Assembly: GCA_012295275.1 (NCBI GenBank)
Contig: CM022666.1
Coordinates: 10,292,001-10,356,000 of the forward strand
Source: Chrysomallon squamiferum
Taxonomy: Eukaryota > Animalia > Mollusca
Reading direction: 5' to 3'
DNA length: 64,000 nucleotides
Under the pieces are notes generated by a model. The model made no database searches. It was not told where the DNA came from and saw only the letters and a program-made list of their open reading frames with translations. Of this stretch, positions 55,801 to 64,000 are shown one piece after another; positions within the stretch are counted from its first letter, which is position 1, and every line of letters starts with the position of its first letter. The position numbers and the translations under genes are program-made.

Positions 55801-56874
55801 ATGCATTTTGCTGAACATTATTTATATTTGTTATTATAACCAGAGTTAATGACACTGGATAACAGCTGTGAATATAATAAAAATATTCACTAATTTTTGT
55901 ATGATCAAGTAATGAATGTATTTATATTCTTACCCTGTAGTTAAATATGATAAATATAAATTCAAAGTAGAAAACTTAATTACAAGTAATATAGTATTAT
56001 ACTGATGGTAAATTTAAAATATCCTAAGAAAGGATGTAAAAATGTTCAGCATTCAGTATCTGTAATAAACATCAGGTTACAGTTGTAAAATATATCTATT
56101 ATGTTATTATTTGTCTGAATTACATGACATGGTGTATGTACAATACAAAATAATCTTCGTTTTACAACATGCACTGGTACTTGGCCTACAGCAGAAAATG
56201 TTCCTAATTCTGCAGTATAAAATGGTACCTGTCCTTAACACAAAATGTTCCTAATTCTACAACATAATATGTAACACACTTTTAGCTGGTTATTTCTACA
56301 TCATCTGCCTGTAACACAAAATGTCCCTTATTCTACAACCTACACTAGTACCTACCCTGTAACACATATACTGCTATATGCACTATGCATTCTTATTACA
56401 CAATCAGTGTATGCAGTATGCATCCTATATCTGTGTCCTAGTTATCAAATCATTGTACTCACTGGATTCCTCACAAACACTGGTTTCTGAGGTAACTCCT
56501 CCACGTAAGCTGTCTGGTTCAGTATAATCAAAACTCTCTTTACTGGTCAGCCATGCCCACTCACTAATCCTTCTACTCTCAGCAATAATCCCATTTCTCT
56601 TGTGGAGGGAATCAGGATCAAATCCCTTAGCTCCCTCCTCCTTTTCTGGACTATTAGTAGTTGAGGTTTGAGTGTCATCAGTTGTGGAGTATGCAGAACT
56701 TGTCCAGCCTGATGTCCCAGTGCAGCTGGTATCACTCGATTCCAAACTTGACCTCCGATCCAGAATGGAACTCTTTTGTTTGAAACTCTCAACAAAGTTT
56801 GCAATTTCTTCCTCAATTTCATGAGGACCTGGAGCACGACATTCTGGTTCAGGACTTGTTGAAACGGAAGACAT
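11367..56874 (-). CDS. MCF2L: DBS/MCF2L-like Rho guanine nucleotide exchange factor (Sec14-spectrin-DH-PH-SH3), 26 coding exons, about 1256 aa (whole-gene span)
   Basis: Exons joined by hand through GT..AG introns keep one frame (3771 nt in total). Recognisable motifs are Sec14-like LSGGKALNGAAILTFPDC..VITYLCSIP, spectrin EQLIADEHYAVDSIRPKCMELQRMC, DH RHVMNELIETETTYVREL / LFGNLEQIYKFH / LLKPIQRITKYQLLLKE, PH RHLFLYERSLLLCKK / GLTENIKGDKKKFELW, and SH3 NELALSEGDVLEILRVGTNGWWYAK..GWVPSTYLE. This domain order is the established Dbs/MCF2L architecture. Exact orthology (MCF2/MCF2L/MCF2L2) needs a phylogeny. Confidence 0.93.
11655..11830 (-). mobile_element. Highly degenerate tRNA-derived SINE-like relic
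   Basis: GAGAGAGGAAGC..CTACCCTTT..TAGCAGGAAGTGATTTTTT..GCCACAGACAG pattern resembles the reverse strand of molluscan SINEs; similar relics near 58260-58345 and 61585-61670; needs RepeatMasker. Confidence 0.35.
13354..13475 (-). CDS. MCF2L: Candidate alternative C-terminal exon (VHITADGEEERNINHSPVVPKGEEEETKSPEELNTVDTSS*)
   Basis: ctcccatgctgtag acceptor; longest open frame is phase 1, matching the SH3 exon; GC-richer, coding-like island; GAG|GTGAGG donor at 13320. Confidence 0.7.
14546..14563 (-). other. MCF2L: Candidate 18-nt cassette microexon GTTTGGAGAAATAGTCTG with an in-frame TAG (C-terminus ...SSSGLEK*)
   Basis: attcttctcag acceptor and consensus CTG|GTAAGT donor only 18 nt apart; no transcript evidence. 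Confidence 0.5.
15153..15369 (-). CDS. MCF2L: DBS-like exon 25, SH3 domain
   Basis: tttgcag acceptor, CAG|GTAAGA donor, phase 0-1; SH3 EL..GD, WW and GWVPSTYL motifs. Confidence 0.95.
15653..15851 (-). CDS. MCF2L: DBS-like exon 24, acidic linker (IDNWRSQN...EDEGWSSGEFSNTDEDE...KIE)
   Basis: ttttag acceptor, GAG|GTATGT donor, phase 2-0. Confidence 0.9.
16034..16103 (-). CDS. MCF2L: DBS-like exon 23, linker (VHTTNPISDEHLSSHVSQNSIK)
   Basis: ttttcag acceptor, AAG|GTAAGA donor, phase 1-2; required to keep the frame. Confidence 0.87.
16191..16269 (-). CDS. MCF2L: DBS-like exon 22, PH C-terminal helix (APNLEVKDVWVKEIKKVLLNQFDDLK)
   Basis: ttttcag acceptor, AAG|GTAAAT donor, phase 0-1. Confidence 0.95.
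16405..16497 (-). CDS. MCF2L: DBS-like exon 21, PH (LSQVGLTENIKGDKKKFELWLRGREEVYTIQ)
   Basis: tttgcag acceptor, CAG|GTTTGA donor, phase 0-0. Confidence 0.95.
16913..17119 (-). CDS. MCF2L: DBS-like exon 20, PH (ENLSDLGRLLMHGSFNVWTEHKK...TFKKKLK)
   Basis: tttttaag acceptor, GTATAT donor, phase 0-0. Confidence 0.94.
17440..17568 (-). CDS. MCF2L: DBS-like exon 19, DH end (EMLRFTGDDKELESQLQEAVDTMLGVLRYLNDSMHQVSIVGYN)
   Basis: ttttaag acceptor, GTTAGT donor, phase 0-0; NDSMH motif. Confidence 0.95.
17656..17715. repeat. 22-bp tandem repeat, about 2.7 copies
   Basis: TTTTAGATTTCTCAACATATCT repeated. Confidence 0.85.
17997..18089 (-). CDS. MCF2L: DBS-like exon 18, DH CR3 (ECQRRLGHKLPLGAFLLKPIQRITKYQLLLK)
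   Basis: ttttag acceptor, AAG|GTAATT donor, phase 0-0. Confidence 0.96.
18398..18427. repeat. (GAT)n microsatellite
   Basis: Read directly from the sequence; intronic. Confidence 0.9.
18530..18625 (-). CDS. MCF2L: DBS-like exon 17, DH (KEEFQWYSVYCQNKPKSESLRTAVGDNNPFFK)
   Basis: ttccag acceptor, GTAATT donor, phase 0-0; YCQNKP motif. Confidence 0.95.
18924..18993 (-). CDS. MCF2L: DBS-like exon 16, DH (VFLQELQNCRDIPAKVGRCFINR)
   Basis: tttcag acceptor, GTAAAT donor, phase 2-0. Confidence 0.94.
19361..19476 (-). CDS. MCF2L: DBS-like exon 15, DH (GYYLEMNNRSMQHLIPPELEGKKNILFGNLEQIYKFHK)
   Basis: ttttcag acceptor, GTTAGT donor, phase 0-2. Confidence 0.95.
19802..19868 (-). CDS. MCF2L: DBS-like exon 14, DH start (HVMNELIETETTYVRELEEIYM)
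   Basis: ttttcag acceptor, GTAAAT donor, phase 2-0; DH CR1 motif. Confidence 0.95.
20230..20423 (-). CDS. MCF2L: DBS-like exon 13, Ser-rich linker before DH (HRVLDKSDIQ...LQAKR)
   Basis: tttctag acceptor, CAG|GTAAAC donor, phase 0-2. Confidence 0.88.
20823..21059 (-). CDS. MCF2L: DBS-like exon 12 (AVVQQVLKRIEDVQRMCEKRKESL...RPVQHVHPEP...SAR)
   Basis: tttcag acceptor, AGG|GTGAGA donor, phase 0-0. Confidence 0.92.
21560..21751 (-). CDS. MCF2L: DBS-like exon 11 (ANRWCNRGVDMLASQPIEQCQIQAGADNALREIEIFL...ETR)
   Basis: tttcag acceptor, GTAGGT donor, phase 0-0; WCxxGxxxLASQP motif. Confidence 0.94.
21857..22045. repeat. Diverged about 64-bp tandem triplication
   Basis: Three copies of ..TTACTTCAA(A)TCACATCTGCTCTTTTTATT.. 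Confidence 0.8.
22083..22196 (+). mobile_element. CpG-retaining interspersed repeat fragment, probably a SINE 3' region
   Basis: GC/CpG-rich island GGACAGGCCCGCTGACCTG..GCGTGCCTGTCGTAGACGTGC..TTAGCACGTTAA inside an AT-rich intron. Confidence 0.35.
22852..23043 (-). CDS. MCF2L: DBS-like exon 10, spectrin repeat (RDLELAENMRANGEQLIADEHYAVDSIRPKC...LEK)
   Basis: ttttcag acceptor, AAG|GTCAGT donor, phase 0-0. Confidence 0.95.
26270..26345. repeat. (TAA)n microsatellite, degenerate distally
   Basis: Read directly from the sequence. Confidence 0.9.
29797..31338. repeat. Minisatellite array, 66-bp unit with a 74-bp variant, about 22 copies
   Basis: Consensus TATTCACCACTGTGTAA-TATTCACCACTGCATGA-TATTCACAAGTGTAG-TATTTGTCTCTGTATGG; the variant adds TACCACTG. 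Confidence 0.97.
32583..32628. repeat. (TG)n microsatellite
   Basis: Read directly from the sequence. Confidence 0.95.
37254..37376 (-). CDS. MCF2L: DBS-like exon 9 (IQFNLGRRVEELEEKMQETGDCLAQIEIRVTEFETFQTTAE)
   Basis: tttttag acceptor, GAG|GTAAGT donor, phase 0-0. Confidence 0.92.
38138..38252 (-). CDS. MCF2L: DBS-like exon 8 (LLAQLDETKKKFCEFWRAHEVKLRQCLKLRQFEEEFKL)
   Basis: ttttacag acceptor, GTCAGT donor, phase 2-0; LxQCLxLRxFE spectrin motif. Confidence 0.94.
38673..38932 (-). CDS. MCF2L: DBS-like exon 7, spectrin-like (AIEKFQSNIDTISATITAIVKKLEEADLPNDV...ELER)
   Basis: ttcag acceptor, AG|GTGATA donor, phase 0-2. Confidence 0.92.
39216..39332 (-). CDS. MCF2L: DBS-like exon 6, end of Sec14 (VILCDSPVAMLDYVDPSQLTYDVGGAIDYDPNEWTQNRA)
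   Basis: ataag acceptor, GTATGT donor, phase 0-0; QLTxDxGGxxxY motif. Confidence 0.92.
40040..40754. mobile_element. Non-autonomous Tc1/mariner pogo/Tigger-like element
   Basis: Ends CAGTGATACCTTGAATTACG and TGTATGTCACGGTACCACTA form imperfect TIRs; TA on both sides; internal CTCGTA(A/T)CTCA sub-repeats; an empty-site paralogue lies at about 41803-41885. Confidence 0.85.
42689..42850. repeat. 38-bp tandem repeat, about 4.3 copies
   Basis: AGAAGACACTGATATGATAAAACTGATTGTCTAAACAA starting at 42689, 42727, 42765 and 42803, partial at 42841. Confidence 0.95.
44014..44292. repeat. Copy 1 of a about 280-bp direct duplication with degenerate (CCCTAA)n hexamers
   Basis: Near-identical to 45278-45566. 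Confidence 0.93.
45278..45566. repeat. Copy 2 of the about 280-bp direct duplication
   Basis: Differs from copy 1 by a 10-bp internal duplication (ATCTCATGTC) and about 1 substitution. Confidence 0.93.
46019..46132 (-). CDS. MCF2L: DBS-like exon 5, Sec14 (GFFPSHIQVVFLLQPKGFFQRAFADFRSKFVKEELEFK)
   Basis: gtgcag acceptor, AAG|GTATAA donor, phase 0-0. Confidence 0.92.
46477..46567 (-). CDS. MCF2L: DBS-like exon 4, Sec14 (LQNTEAGFVIVIDRRNDSWSSVKAILLKIR)
   Basis: ttacag acceptor, GTAAGT donor, phase 2-0; GFxxVIDRRxDxW motif. Confidence 0.94.
46783..46885. repeat. Compound (CA)n(GATA)n microsatellite
   Basis: Read directly from the sequence. Confidence 0.95.
47894..48008 (-). CDS. MCF2L: DBS-like exon 3, Sec14 domain (GGKALNGAAILTFPDCPQIPEVSDEEYRKVITYLCSIP)
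   Basis: ttttacag acceptor, GTAAGC donor, phase 1-2. Confidence 0.93.
49500..49583 (-). CDS. MCF2L: DBS-like exon 2 (DVMGEACHGFGVLDVAKLLQARFVTLS)
   Basis: ctacag acceptor, G|GTAGGT donor, 84 nt, phase 1-1. Confidence 0.88.
52514..55708. repeat. Minisatellite array, about 52-bp unit, about 61 copies
   Basis: Consensus TTATCTTTCTGATACATCACTGTACACTAAAGGAGCTGACTTACAGAAGGTA; lies in intron 1 of the DBS-like gene. Confidence 0.97.
56463..56874 (-). CDS. MCF2L: DBS-like exon 1: acidic, Ser/Thr-rich N-terminus MSSVSTSPEPEC...EES
   Basis: ATG with an in-frame TAA 3 codons upstream; donor CA|GTGAGT at 56462; phase 1 matches the exon at 49583. Confidence 0.8.
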
Positions 56875-59800
56875 CTTGTTTTATGGATATTAATCTTTAC
56901 TAATTCAAACTTTATTATAAAGAAGTATTTCAAGTTTCAGCTAGATTTGCTTTAATCAGAAACTAAATATTTTTATTTAAATATAAATACATTCTTCTCA
57001 GCAAATTATTGTTTGTAAACTAGTCTGCCAGTCCAGACCAATCTCCCGTAATGGCTACATGACTATAACATGTTACAAATACTAATTACCCATAGTCCAT
57101 CATGCAGTTTGCAAACATGAGACAAACATTGTTCTTGTAGATGAAAACAGTCTCACACTTATTTACAAAAACAAACATGATTCTAGATGTTTATCAAACA
57201 TTAGTCTGCATTTCCTATTCATCAGTTGTCACCAGCTGTTGGACACATCCAGGTTCTTATTTAACAGTTTCAATGAAATATGAAAATGTGTAATCCAAAT
57301 TATAACAATACAAACTTTAGATCTTACAATGCAAATGGCTAAGCTTCATCCCAAGCTGTAGCATAAAAAACTGTACGTAATTCTTGACCCTTGTCAGATG
57401 AGTCTACGTAATTCTCTCTAGCAGTTGTGTCACACTGAACTGCAGAAATCATACAATTACTTCCCTTTCTGTACTCTCAGACAACATAAATACATATTTT
57501 CTCCAGAACAGTCTTTTCCTGAGGTGAACATCTGAATGTAGCTGTGGTAATGATAATGCTGACGGGCAACTGAGGACAGCTGCTACAATAGCAACAAGTT
57601 AGAAATATCTTAGATCAATAGTCAGGCCTTGACAACAATGTCTTCCCCAGCCAGGAAAACCAGTCAATGATGGCCAGTGCCAGTCAAGTTCTTCTTTATG
57701 GCATGAATGAAACAATATTTTACAACTGATAATTACATGCTGGTAAATCAAACTGGTCACTTTTTTTGATTTCACAAAAAACATTTCAGTTGAAAGAATG
57801 CTTTAACAGCCTTGCACAAGTCAGGGGAATGATGTGCATAATTCATGTGATCTGTGTTCAGTGTGTGATAAATGCAATGCTGTCTGCACACACAGATGTT
57901 GTTACAAGTTTATTTATTAGCTCTGTAACCATGGAGAACTATATATTGCAAATAAACACAGCTCTGTTTTAGAAATATCACCATTAAAGAAATATCTGAT
58001 TTATTTATTTACAGAATGACAGAATTATTTAAGTTAAAAAAAAAATTATATTTTTAAACTTTACATAATTATTTCAGCAACTTTAACAATTGTCCATGTT
58101 AACTATAAAATCTATTTTGAAAATCAATATCTATTTAATGATAACACAAAACATAATATTATAAATAATGATTAGGTGTCAAGCCATATTTTGTGTGTTT
58201 GTGTGTATGTGTGTATGTGTGTCTGTATGTAATAAATATGAAATTTAAAAGCTAGTAGCAGAACACTGGTTGGAATTAGAAATAACTGACGGATTGATCC
58301 AGCAACCAGTCATAATCTAGGTAAGTATTTATCAACTGTTCTACAGTCCAGGATAAAACAATAGCAAAAAAAATAGATCTTCATTTATTCTCTTTTCCAA
58401 AAATTTCTAAAGACAAAGGTCAGAGGATTTATGATTTAAAAATGATCCTTCTTTTTTCCTGTCCCTTTCACACTTTTTTTTTAAAGTGGCAATAATTTAT
58501 TATCTTGTACAGACGTTTGGTTTAATGCCAACTCCACTCAAAAGAATTAAATATTTTTATTCATGCAATCCATTTTGATTGAAGCTTGATAATACACATA
58601 GTAAATGAATGGCTATATGTTGTACCACAGATACACATTTCATAATTAACTGGCGAACATAAGCAAATAATTGCAGAACATCTCAACATGATGATTTCAA
58701 TTAACAACAACCAAGTGATGACATGAAATAAATATAGAAAATTGTATTTTGAACCAAAATGGTCAGTGTTTTTGAGAGGGAGAAAAGCTCCCATTTGGAG
58801 AAATTAGAAAAATAATTTAGTTTAATGATTAGTTATAGTTATAATAAACTCATATTACAGCTATACTTTATCATTATTTATATATGTATATACATATTTT
58901 TTTCCACATATTAAGTTACTACAAGCAAAACAAAATGGATGTCATGTACAGCCTGGAGTAAAAAATGATATTGTTTTAATGTGAGCAGTAGGTCAGTCAA
59001 TACTGCTGAACGTAACTGCAGCATTGATCTATTCATTATAATTAATGTACACTGATGCCAGCCAATCAGAAGTGTCAAATACTCATACACTCTAGTGTAA
59101 TACAGTTTTTCTAAATGGATCTAATTTCAGCTAATCTATAATAAATATGATTAAAACAGAATCAGTTAAACTTTGTCCTTCATTTTTATTTAGTGGAAAA
59201 AAATCATTTACTGATAGCAATAAATGTGTTTAAACAAAACCACACACACATATATATTATTTATTACTTAATCATTAATCTATTAGCATTAACTTAATAA
59301 CTAGTAAAAGACATCAACTACCTTTAAATAAAATCATACATTTTTTCAGCTAAATAAAATACAAAAGAATTTCTTTTTCACACCAAAATAAAAATAAATA
59401 TTTTTTATTCTAATTAATGAACAAACCTCTCCATCATAAATCTTTGTCTTATTTATTATCAAATCAGGATTCATACATTATATGCACTACTTGGTACAAC
59501 CATTCAGCGATTTGTTTAAAACTAAATCTAAACATAAAAAGAAGAAATAAAGAAAAACAAAAAGGCCTGATTTTTTATAAACTAAGCACACACACACACA
59601 CAAACACACACATATACACACACACACACAGAGATAAATATTTAAATACATAAACAAATAATAAAATTGAAAAAAATATAAATAATTGAAAAAAAATTTG
59701 TTTAAAAATTCATGTTATTTTCTAATTGATACTAATGCACTTAATGACTTTTAGAATAAATTGTTTTGTATGAATTCTGTTGTGTGTGAGTGAATGTATT

Positions 59801-59973
59801 TGTGTGTATGTTTATCTTAATACAAGCCACTAGATGCGTATCAAAAACAAAAAGCAGTAATAAATATTTCTAATTAAATACCCTTTAACCCATAAAGTGA
59901 AAAATTATAAAACATAAAAAGCAAAAACCTATGAAACAAAGAACACCACCACTAACACCTGCAGCAGACATAC

Positions 59974-60025
59974 CTTGTAAAGGGTTTATCTGTCCACCCA
60001 TTGGATATGACATCCCTTGTGAGAC
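59974..60025 (-). CDS. Candidate alternative upstream exon of the DBS-like gene (VSQGMSYPMGGQINPLQ)
   Basis: tttgacag acceptor, AAG|GTATGT donor, open frame with ATG at 60013, ends in phase 1 compatible with the exon at 49583. Confidence 0.45.
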
Positions 60026-60331
60026 CTGTCAAACAATAACATTATCACTTTATTACAACATTTAATTTCTTTTAAACAGAATATATAGCTTGAATACATT
60101 TTGATTTTTTGAGGGTCATTTGTATATTCTTAAGATATTGTTTTATATTTAGATTTTTCCTTTAACAAATTTTTGTTAATGATAAATTATGAAGCTGACA
60201 ATTTTACTTTTAGCAGATTATTTTTATACTTAGAAATGTAAACAAAGAAATAAAAATAAACTTAATATGCTGTGTAACTTTAACAGTTTGGGAATTTTAG
60301 TTGTATGTGAGAGTGTGTGTATCTGTCTGCA

Positions 60332-60366
<35 letters not shown>

Positions 60367-63300
60367 GTTAATATCTGTATGTATACATTAGTGTGAATGT
60401 CAGTTTGTATCTGTTTCTGTACACTGCAAATAAATGACTAAGATAAAACAGAGGACTTGTGTCATGCTATTTTGACAGCAAGAATGATGAAAATACTTAG
60501 TTTTATTTCATTAAAATATTTAGTTTCATTTCAGTTTGAAATTTATTGTTATAACTTTAATAATAATTCAATATCTCTTTACAAGAACATGCATACAAGC
60601 ACTGTTTTAATATAAACTTAAACACACAGGCATTATTTCTTTTGAAACACTCACTCTGTGGTATGTACTGTCCTTGAAAATGGGTACCAGTATTTTGACT
60701 GTTTAATGAAAACAACAACTGTATGCTATTGTATGATTTCACATTTTAACAGGAACTAATTCATAAAACAATATTATAAAACAAATAACTTTAAGTGAAC
60801 AGTAAATCAAAATTACAAATTTTAGAATGAACCAAATTAAAATAAAAGATTTTAAATTGGAATCACATATCTGTCACAGAAAACTTAGAAAAAGTAAACT
60901 GACATGATATATAAACAGACACATCTATAAAAACACTAACTTAACATGAATAAATATAGAAAATATTTAATTAACATCACATTTCATGTTAATATAAAGT
61001 TAATATTTCACACAATAAATTTTAGAACATACTTATTTAATATTAGATTTTGGCACACTTTAAATCAGCATTATTTCTTTTTTTCATGCCAATCAGAAAA
61101 CACTGAATTAAAAAAAACATTCACATTCACTTCAGACATAAATATAGAAAATATCAAATTCACATCACAGCTTTTCACACATCTTCAATTTGACATTAAT
61201 TATATGACAACTGTTACTGCAAATAAATATGTAATAAGTTTTAACAGGCTGTAGGATTAACACATAGTTGTGTAAGTCAGAATAAAAAACAAACTCTCCA
61301 AACAAGGAATAATGTGAATGCATGGAAAGGACAGCCTAAATAAACTATGAATGAAAACTGAAATATTTATTTTCACTTGACTCATAAATATAGCAAGTAA
61401 TCCTCTTAGTTTATGTAAGTTGTTTTTTTGTTGTTGTTTTTTCACTGTTTAGGCATTTGTGAATATAGATAGATAAACCAAAATTTGGTTGGAATAGTGA
61501 AAAGATGTTTTATTATTGCTGGTCATTACTACTGACTGGTGTAATCATGTTTCTTCACAGAAATCATGATGTTAACATTCAGTGGGTAACTATTAGTAGC
61601 AGCAAGGGAGGTTTTTTATATTGAGGGCTGTGATAAATCAGTAATGACCAAAGACTAGTTAATAAACCAGTGATTTATCAGGAATCACTGAATTACAGAA
61701 TATTCAAGGTTGTAATGGGAAATAGTTTAATAGGTGGATGAGGTTGATTGATCTTTATCTTGATCAGTTATGAAATATGCATTTTAGATCAACTATTATG
61801 TATCCTTTATATCACAGAGTTTTAGGTATAATCATCAGTCATTCTACATATCAGAAAGCCTTTGTGGTTCGTTATATCAAGTACTGGGAATACTGTAATT
61901 TTAGCTAATGTTGCGTTTTTTCAGCAGTTTGAAATAGGTCATAAGTAAAACAGAAATAAATAAATAATATATAAAGTCATATTCTGTACACAGTAATATG
62001 ATAGTGGATGCATAATGAATTTTTTTATACAAATGAGGTCTGTCTTGTATGCATAAGGCAATCTAGATTTTAATATTTTACTAAATATGACAACACTCAG
62101 AATCTAACAAAGCATAGTGGGATATCTGATCAATAGTGACAGTTATTAGCTCATGAACTGAATTATGTCATACAAAATGCGTAGACAGATGATAAATTTA
62201 TAAAAGAATTTTCTTTGATTAAATGGTAAAGTAATACTTTTTTTAAAACTTTTTTTTTTTTTTATTTTTATTATTATTATTAATTGTAGTAGTAGCAGCA
62301 GAAGTAGTAATAGTAGTTTAATTTAAATTTCACATTTAACTGATGACTAGATTAGTCAAATATTTATCTACACTTTATTATATGACGAGGGAAATTTCTG
62401 GAATCTGAATTTATGAATCATCAAAATGTTTAAAAAAAGAAAAACTTTCTTTCAGGGTGGGAGGTTTAAGTTCATCACCTAGAACCATCCACGAATCACT
62501 GAGAAAAACAAAGTCTACAGTTTGTAAAGAATCTCAAAAATTCATTTATTGATTTTTACATAACTCTCCAGTTATAAAAACATGTTGAAAGTGTTAAGTT
62601 GTGTTAACTTTTGTACTGGAAATATTTTGTGTGTTCTTGTGCTGAGGATATATTCAGTAAACACACACACAAACACACGTGTGTATGTATGTATATTAGT
62701 ATGTTGAGAATATGTTTAATTTTGTTGATAATGTATTAATTATTGTGATAATTGTTATAGAAAATTATGAATTTGAATTCAGGATAGATTTATTTATTTT
62801 TGTTTTATTAACATTTTAACTTTTAAATTTAGGATACATTTCTTTTTGAGTTAAAATTATATTTATTTTTCAGTTAAGTATACATTTGTGATGAAATATT
62901 TATTTCAGAGTTATGTAAGAGATCAACAGAGGAATATTTGACATTCCTCATCTTTCTTTATATAAACATTTGTCTGGTTTCTAGTTGCCATGGTTAAGGT
63001 GCTGACTAATAATAACTGTGTTCATATCTCAGTACAAGCTACATGAGCAAGTATAAAATCACAATGCCTTGCTTAATAACACTGGATAGTCATATAGCAG
63101 GTTTGAACCTTTGGTGATAATATATTATAGTATTTATATGTGTACGTGTGTATCTGTGTATATTTATGTGTATGTTCGTGTGTGTGTGTGTGTGTGTAAT
63201 GTGTGTGTGTTGTGTGTGTGTGTAATATGAATATATATTGTATGTAAGAGTGTGTGTATGCATGCATATGCATGTGTGTTAGTATAGGAATAGCATGGGT

Positions 63301-64000
63301 GTTTATGGCATACAGTATATACTGAATTTACATGAACATGATTCTAATAGAAGTGTACTTTATGTTTGGTGTATGTTGTTTTTGATAAGTTTGTTATGTC
63401 CTGTTTTGGGATATATGTGACTGTATATGTGTGCCTGTGTGCATCTACATGTATATCCTAGGTGGACAAACTGACATAAATACACAAATATAAAGAGACA
63501 GATGTAAATTAAGTTTCATTAAAAAGAAACTCTTTATTTATTGTCCATCAGAAATAACAGGACATCTTTTGTAACTTTATCCCAGAATTTAATTACAAAT
63601 TGTTGTTATTTATTTTGGTAGATAGGATATGGGTAAATTTTCAGCCACCTTCTGAATATAAATATATATAATGTAAGCAACTGAATATTTATAAATGTTA
63701 ACTGCATGATCATGAATTTATTATTAAAAATACTGAAACATATAAAATTACCTAATGTATGAAGTGTAGTTACTTCATACATGTCAAACTTTTGACACAT
63801 ATTTATGTTTGTTATTCAACTTTGTTCACTATCATAAAATTTAAAACAAGATAATAATTTACAAGTAATGTAACTATTATTAGAATTGTAAAAAATTAAC
63901 AATACTGAATATATTAAATGACGTCAGTGACAGCTATTGAGAACGGACGGACATTAATTAATGTTTATCGACGTGGAGTGACCACTACTTTACTGTGTGT

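Noticed and set aside
56547-56933. 128-aa overlapping minus-strand ORF in another frame of exon 1
   Set aside because: Starts at a non-ATG codon and has no recognisable features; the other frame has the ATG and a phase-compatible donor.
57205-57230. Hammerhead-ribozyme-like CTGATGA...GAAA on the minus strand
   Set aside because: Only about 4 nt lie between the core motifs, so no stem II can form; other CTGATGA hits lack a properly placed GAAA.

Overview
AT-rich, CpG-depleted animal genomic DNA with spliceosomal introns. The repeat types suggest an invertebrate, possibly a mollusc (inference only). Reading splice sites by hand gives two minus-strand genes. (1) A Dbl-family RhoGEF of the DBS/MCF2L type (Sec14/CRAL-TRIO, spectrin repeats, DH, PH, SH3) has 26 phase-consistent coding exons from 56874 to 11367 (3771 nt, about 1256 aa) and ends in a class I PDZ-binding motif (ETTV). 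It also has two candidate stop-bearing cassette exons that would remove that motif, and candidate alternative 5' exons. (2) An 8-exon gene from 7712 to 2514 encodes a 254-aa protein I cannot assign to a family; it needs a GC-AG intron and is almost invisible in the ORF track. Introns carry hAT and Tc1/mariner-pogo elements, SINE-like relics, two large minisatellite arrays (52-bp and 66/74-bp units) and local duplications. Most ORFs in the supplied track are spurious. There is no CRISPR array, and I found no rRNA or tRNA gene. I cannot claim a wholly new biological system. The best leads are the three-way C-terminal splice switch of the GEF and the uncharacterised gene.
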